A DNA stretch of 49,837 nucleotides from an uncultured Bdellovibrionales bacterium. Lineage in GTDB: Bacteria; Bdellovibrionota_C; UBA2361; J135. Location of the stretch: contig CAZYRE010000003.1 in the NCBI GenBank assembly GCA_964650155.1, positions 1 through 49,837 of the forward strand, in the 5' to 3' direction. A program made the position numbers and the translations under genes. The notes under the pieces were generated by a model, which saw nothing but the letters and a program-made list of their open reading frames with translations, was not told where the DNA came from and did no database searches. Positions 45,432 through 49,837 of the stretch are shown in pieces. Each line of letters starts with the position of its first letter. Within the stretch, counting starts at the first letter, position 1.

Positions 45432-45476
45432 CGGAATATACTCCGAAAATATGTCACTTTTTCGGAGTATATTCCG
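45432..45476 (+). promoter_or_regulatory. perfect 18-bp inverted repeat (9-nt loop) covering the RBS of the ATPase gene
   Basis: CGGAATATACTCCGAAAA (45432..45449) and TTTTCGGAGTATATTCCG (45459..45476). Each arm is itself a near-palindrome (TTCGGA-N6-TCCGAA). The right arm contains the only GGAG upstream of the TTG start at 45479. Confidence 0.5.
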
Positions 45477-45478
45477 CC

Positions 45479-46660
45479 TTGATAGATAGAGCCATTAACA
45501 TCCTAAAAGGACACTCATTTTTCTTGTTTGGCGCTAGAGGAACAGGGAAAAGTACCCTTCTAGATAAGTTGCTCCATGAACAGAGGTGCCTATGGATAGA
45601 CCTTCTTATTGCTAAGGAAGAAGCCCGTTATGCTAGTGACCCAGATCTACTTAGTAAGCAAATCGAGCTACACAAAGGGGAGCTTGATTGGGTAATTATT
45701 GATGAGGTTCAAAAAGTTCCTCGACTATTAGACATCGTCCATCGTGAAATTGAAATAAAGAATAGGAAAGGCGCGATTCCAAACTTTGCACTCAGTGGCT
45801 CTAGTGCCCGCAAGCTCAAAAGACAGGGGGCCAATCTTCTTGCTGGCCGAGCATTAGTCTACCATTTACATCCTTTTACACACTTAGAGTTAGGCAGCAA
45901 TTTTAATTTAGAACAAGCACTTTTTTACGGAACTATTCCTTCAATTAACAAATACGACGACCCACAGGCCAAACAACTAGCACTAGAGGCCTATGTTGAA
46001 ACGTATCTGAAAGAAGAAATCATCGCTGAGCAAATCGTTCGAAATATTCAACCCTTTAGAAGATTTTTGAACATTGCAGCTCAATCAAATGGCGCTATTA
46101 TCAATTATAATCAGATTGCAACCGATGTTAAGGCAGATGATAAAACTGTCAAAACTTACTTCGATATACTTGAAGACACATTACTAGGATTCACTCTGCC
46201 GGCTTACGATAAATCTCTTCGCAAACAACAAGGAAAATCTCCAAAATTCTATCTTTTTGATACTGGAGTTAAACGAATACTCGACCTAAATTTACCTGCT
46301 TCAGGAGAATTTACCTCCCAAGAATTTGGTCTGGCATTTGAGCACTTCGTGATCTGCGAATTTTTTCGACTTAAAAGTTATGCTAGAAGCAAAATGCAAT
46401 TCTCACATTTTAATACGGGAGAGAGTGAAATCGATCTGGTCATAGAAGCTCCTCGTCATCCGGACATTTTTATTGAGATTAAATCCACTGAAGAAGTTCA
46501 AGACAGGCATCTTACAACCTTATTTCGAATGCAAAAAGAATTTCCAAAGTTCGAGTATTACTGTCTCTCACGTGATCCTATCGAAAGAAAAGAAAAGGGA
46601 ATTGTTATTTTACCTTGGCAGATTGGAATCAAAAAAATCTTTGAGAAAATAAATACCTAG
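45479..46660 (+). CDS. AAA-family ATPase with a DUF4143 C-terminal domain (AAA_14/DUF4143 type)
   Basis: Walker A FGARGTGKST and Walker B VIIDEVQKVP. The later layout (YVETYLKEEI...IAAQSNGAIINYNQIA...YLFDTGV) is typical of AAA_14 + DUF4143 proteins. TTG start; no in-frame upstream alternative. Confidence 0.8.
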   Translation: MIDRAINILKGHSFFLFGARGTGKSTLLDKLLHEQRCLWIDLLIAKEEARYASDPDLLSKQIELHKGELDWVIIDEVQKVPRLLDIVHREIEIKNRKGAIPNFALSGSSARKLKRQGANLLAGRALVYHLHPFTHLELGSNFNLEQALFYGTIPSINKYDDPQAKQLALEAYVETYLKEEIIAEQIVRNIQPFRRFLNIAAQSNGAIINYNQIATDVKADDKTVKTYFDILEDTLLGFTLPAYDKSLRKQQGKSPKFYLFDTGVKRILDLNLPASGEFTSQEFGLAFEHFVICEFFRLKSYARSKMQFSHFNTGESEIDLVIEAPRHPDIFIEIKSTEEVQDRHLTTLFRMQKEFPKFEYYCLSRDPIERKEKGIVILPWQIGIKKIFEKINT

Positions 46661-48426
46661 ACTCTAAGCAGGCCCTTTAGCCCTCTGAGTGGTGCCGTAA
46701 TTTTCCAGCTCTTGGAAGATACTACCGTCTTAAATGAAGACTCTGTCATTTCGGCTCTCTCCTCAGCTTCAGCGAAGGCTGCTTGGAGTCTTGTTACTTC
46801 ATTCTGTAGGCGAACATTTCTATCAGCAATAAAAGTTACTGTGTCAGAGATAAGTTCTTTTAGTAATTTAGTTAAATATAAATTCTCTTTTGACGCTTCA
46901 GGTGAATCACTTCCAAAAATATGAGCGTTTAATTTTCGCTCCCACTGAGTAGCGGAGGCAACCTCAGCATCATTGATTGGGTAGTCAATAGCCTTGCCTA
47001 CTTCTTTAATGACATCACCGTACCTCTTGCCGACTAAGGAACCTTTCCGCCTAAGTCCAGCTAATGAATACGCTAGCCCTCGGATAAAAACCCAAGCCAA
47101 CGGAATAGGCTCTGCACTTACCCATTCATTATCTATATAGATAAGTTTTTGGTCATTCTTACGGATCAAATTGTACGGAACACAATCAACAAAATCAGTA
47201 GGCAGGGTACCAGAAATTTCATTTAACTTTAGGAATTCTAAATATTCCCTGCTCCAAGTAGTGAGCTCAGAAAGTCCTCCGCCACTAGATAACTTTCTTT
47301 TTAGTTCATTAAAAAATAGAGTGCCTTCTTCATAATCAACTTCAGTATCGCGCAGGGCAAAAGAAGAGCTTTGCTCAGATGGTAGTTTGTGAGTTTTAGA
47401 AACTATAATCTTACCATCACTCTCTCTAAATCTAGTTTCACTTTCTATTCCGCCTCTATCTGCATGTGGAGCAATCACGGCTAGAAGCTCATTCGGTATG
47501 CTCACTACCCCTCGACCTTTCTGGGCAATGACAATAAAGGAATTTGCTAATTCACCTAAAAGATTATTTGCAGCGATGCCTTCAAGTGCCAATTCTTCAT
47601 CAAAGGTAGGCAGTAAATCTACATCGCCATAAGCACGATTTTTAACTCTGGATAACAAATCTCCTGCTCGGAATGAGTCATGCGTGACTCCTTTCTCAGT
47701 CAGCAACACTGTTGGGATCTTGTAATCAGTATATGGATAAACAAACTGAATATTATTATATCCAGCATTTGACAGAATAATCTCTAATTCTCTGCGGCCA
47801 AAGGTTTGAGGATCTTTGGAGGAATAATTTCCTTCAACTCCTATGAATGGGCGGCTTAGATGATCTTCTGGATATCCGGCTAAATATTTAAGACCTAATT
47901 TATTTTCGATTGCTATTACTAGAGTTCCATCAGATTCAAGAGAGTTATAGATCTTTTTTAGATTCTCAGTAATCGGATCCTTCTTGTCCGAGAACGCAGG
48001 GAAGTACTCCATGACTCCAATTAAAGTAGCCATGCTAAATTTAAGTGGCGAGGAGAAATCTTCTAAGGAAACAGATTCCACAGAAATATTTTGTAGGTCC
48101 CTACATCTTGCCGCACAGATATTTGCTCTGGCTCTACTCCCCTCAACTGAAACAACTTTGAATCCTTTCTCACCAAGAAATCTAGTAACTGCGCCACAGC
48201 CTGCGCCAATTTCAAGAACACTTTGCACTTTTGACAAATCAAATGCTTTGAAAATATTTGCTCTGGCTGGAGTCAGATGATACTCACTCGGCCAATCGCG
48301 AATAGCTGTTCTTAATTCTCTACTCTGAAGAGATAAATCCTTCGCCTCTGAAATAGCAGATAGCAGATACTCCTCAGTATCTATTCCGTCTGAAAATGTA
48401 ACATTCACACTCACTGTATTCTCCAC
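46657..48426 (-). CDS. WbdD-like chain-terminating enzyme: class I SAM methyltransferase + degenerate kinase-like domain + C-terminal coiled coil
   Basis: SAM motif VLEIGAGCGAVTRFL. Kinase-like VDCVPYNLI...LIYIDNEW. Coiled coil NVRLQNEVTRLQAAFAEAEERAE, then a SKSWKITAPLRGL tail. The GTG at 48426 has no RBS; the GTG at 48414 is preceded by GGAG with a 6-nt spacer. Confidence 0.7.
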   Translation of the reverse strand: MENTVSVNVTFSDGIDTEEYLLSAISEAKDLSLQSRELRTAIRDWPSEYHLTPARANIFKAFDLSKVQSVLEIGAGCGAVTRFLGEKGFKVVSVEGSRARANICAARCRDLQNISVESVSLEDFSSPLKFSMATLIGVMEYFPAFSDKKDPITENLKKIYNSLESDGTLVIAIENKLGLKYLAGYPEDHLSRPFIGVEGNYSSKDPQTFGRRELEIILSNAGYNNIQFVYPYTDYKIPTVLLTEKGVTHDSFRAGDLLSRVKNRAYGDVDLLPTFDEELALEGIAANNLLGELANSFIVIAQKGRGVVSIPNELLAVIAPHADRGGIESETRFRESDGKIIVSKTHKLPSEQSSSFALRDTEVDYEEGTLFFNELKRKLSSGGGLSELTTWSREYLEFLKLNEISGTLPTDFVDCVPYNLIRKNDQKLIYIDNEWVSAEPIPLAWVFIRGLAYSLAGLRRKGSLVGKRYGDVIKEVGKAIDYPINDAEVASATQWERKLNAHIFGSDSPEASKENLYLTKLLKELISDTVTFIADRNVRLQNEVTRLQAAFAEAEERAEMTESSFKTVVSSKSWKITAPLRGLKGLLRV

Positions 48427-48428
48427 AG

Positions 48429-48536
48429 GGTTGGATAAGGGTATGAAAAATTTAAGAAGACATTCTGGAGCGGCATTAAAGGATGTTCATGACGCGAAAG
48501 AATGTCTTCTTAAATTTTTCATACCCTTATCCAACC
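48429..48536. repeat. perfect 38-bp inverted repeat with a 32-nt loop between wzt and the methyltransferase gene
   Basis: The left arm 48429..48466 (GGTTGGATAAGGGTATGAAAAATTTAAGAAGACATTCT) is the exact reverse complement of the right arm 48499..48536. The right arm includes the last three codons and the stop of wzt. The left arm ends 2 nt before the GTG at 48426. Confidence 0.95.
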
Positions 48537-49837
48537 ATGGCAAAATCCATCCTAAGATCTGCCAGACCAAAACTCTTAGTTACATTAGTAACGTAAACTT
48601 CAAGCACATCGTACCTCCTATCAAGAGGCACAACCTCAGAGTCTACCTGATCCACCACGCCGAAAGATAGAAGATAGTGTCCAGTCATTAAATGGGGAAC
48701 GACTGAAAAGCGAACAGTAACGATTTCGCCTGATTTTTTGGGCACAAAAAGGGCACGCCCATCCCAATCCCTGGAATTGGTACCATAAATAGTAATACCA
48801 TCTGGGGTCTTTATTGTTAGAGCATAGATGGGCTTAGCAACATTCCGGTTGAACTTAACCTTCATGTAAACAGTTAACTTTTCATCAGCCGCAAAGTTAT
48901 TAAGATTAGTTCGTTCCTGGGTAGCCAAAAGGGCATCCACTATCTCTGCACTCCTATCCCCCCAGCGATACTCATTCCGGTTGAACCCTGGGCGCAATGC
49001 GAGTCCGTCTCCAGCTGGCTCAGTGGCGATAAACTCTCTAACAACAGCATTCTCACTGGCTACAACATTTCCTTTAAAACTCTCATGAGAGGGATGGGCT
49101 TCGTCAACTATCTCCTCAATTTCATTCTTGGCTTGGATCGGTGAAGCACCAAACAACAGATCCAGATATTTATTAACTACATCCTTAGGGCGACCGTCCT
49201 CTTTAACTTTTCCGCCTTCTATCAGAATGGCACGATCACAGTGGCGCACTACCTGATCGGGGGAATGAGTCACAAAAATAATTGTTTTATTTTGTCTCTT
49301 AAATTCTTCAAATTTCCTAAAACATTTTGCTTGGAACTGAACATCTCCGACTGATAATGCTTCATCCACAATTAAAATATCTGGGTCAATATTTATAGCT
49401 ACAGAGAATGCCAATCTAATAAACATTCCACTGGAATATGTCTTTACTGGCTGATCGATGAACGATCCAATATCAGCAAATGCAGCGATATCATCAAACC
49501 GTTCATGAATCTCTGCTTCACTTAACCCTAAGATCGATCCATTCAAGAAAACATTCTCTCGACCAGTAAATTCTGGATTAAACCCTGTTCCTAATTCGAG
49601 AAGCGCCCCTATCCTTCCGCCAACTTTCACCTCACCACTTGTAGGGGCAAGCGTATTACACATTATCTGTAGCAATGTTGATTTCCCGGCTCCATTTCTT
49701 CCCAGGATTCCAACAGTACTACCGCGCTTTATCTCGAGATTCATCTCCCGAAGCGCCCAGAATTCCCGGTAGTACCGCTTCCACCTGCCAAAAAGCATCT
49801 GCTTAAGTCTATCTTCCGGCTTTGTATAAATCCGGTA
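48527..49837 (-). CDS. wzt: polysaccharide/O-antigen export ABC transporter ATP-binding protein (Wzt/TagH type) with a C-terminal carbohydrate-binding Wzt_C-like domain; the N-terminus is off the right edge
   Basis: FWALREMNLEIKRGSTVGILGRNGAGKSTLL, LSGG-equivalent YSSGMFIRLAF and ILIVDEALSVGD. The C-terminal 170 aa look like a beta-sandwich (VTVRFSVVPHLMTGHYLLSFGVVD). The frame stays open upstream of the track ATG (YRIYTKPEDRLKQ-MLFG) to base 49837. Confidence 0.9.
   Translation of the reverse strand, partial: YRIYTKPEDRLKQMLFGRWKRYYREFWALREMNLEIKRGSTVGILGRNGAGKSTLLQIMCNTLAPTSGEVKVGGRIGALLELGTGFNPEFTGRENVFLNGSILGLSEAEIHERFDDIAAFADIGSFIDQPVKTYSSGMFIRLAFSVAINIDPDILIVDEALSVGDVQFQAKCFRKFEEFKRQNKTIIFVTHSPDQVVRHCDRAILIEGGKVKEDGRPKDVVNKYLDLLFGASPIQAKNEIEEIVDEAHPSHESFKGNVVASENAVVREFIATEPAGDGLALRPGFNRNEYRWGDRSAEIVDALLATQERTNLNNFAADEKLTVYMKVKFNRNVAKPIYALTIKTPDGITIYGTNSRDWDGRALFVPKKSGEIVTVRFSVVPHLMTGHYLLSFGVVDQVDSEVVPLDRRYDVLEVYVTNVTKSFGLADLRMDFAMVG

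Noticed and set aside
41848-46660. I considered the Tra-like genes plus the DUF4143 ATPase as a mobile element or genomic island.
   Set aside because: No integrase, transposase, relaxase, tRNA target or flanking direct repeats are visible, and base composition looks like the rest of the window. I report it as an orphan module instead.

Overview
The window is about 40% GC, very tightly packed and clearly Gram-negative (many lipoboxes and Sec signal peptides). The source may be a Bdellovibrionota/Oligoflexia-like or related proteobacterium, but that is inference only. I saw no rRNA, tRNA, CRISPR array, transposase or integrase. Contents from left to right: (1) 599-3619 holds a small lipoprotein triad and a secreted PKD/beta-helix protein. 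(2) 3828-14517 is one long minus-strand flagellar block. It carries a sigma54 activator, a TPR protein, a histidine kinase and a sigma54 response regulator, then flgB-flgC-fliE-fliF-fliH-fliI-fliJ and a MotE/YlxF-like gene. fliG is missing from its usual place between fliF and fliH. (3) 15225-19973 encodes a 180-kDa NAD-glutamate dehydrogenase behind a long GC-rich leader. (4) 19970-26116 encodes a CgeB-like glycosyltransferase and a 1610-aa protein with three GT4 modules and TPR arrays. (5) 27176-29887 is a PAS-GAF-PAS hybrid kinase. (6) 29990-31952 is a DUF2063 / DUF692 (MNIO) / EGKCG-repeat secreted peptide operon, which I consider the most system-like locus. It is divergent from a eukaryote-type indoleamine 2,3-dioxygenase at 32149-33315. 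(7) 33324-37394 holds a second secreted beta-helix protein and an ACT-fused malic enzyme. (8) 37500-41663 is an operon of a Maf_N/CgeB-like glycosyltransferase, an extended GT9 enzyme and a beta-grasp-like protein. (9) 41848-45206 encodes four secreted proteins in the order TraW-like, TraU-like, TrbC-like, Cys-rich, with no other conjugation genes nearby. (10) 45479-46660 is an AAA/DUF4143 ATPase behind an 18-bp inverted repeat. (11) 46657-49837 holds a WbdD-like methyltransferase/kinase-like/coiled-coil protein and a Wzt-type ABC ATPase, separated by a perfect 38-bp inverted repeat. Four of the five convergent gene junctions share a 4-nt palindromic stop-stop overlap (TTAA or CTAG). All family assignments come from motif recognition by eye; no searches were run.
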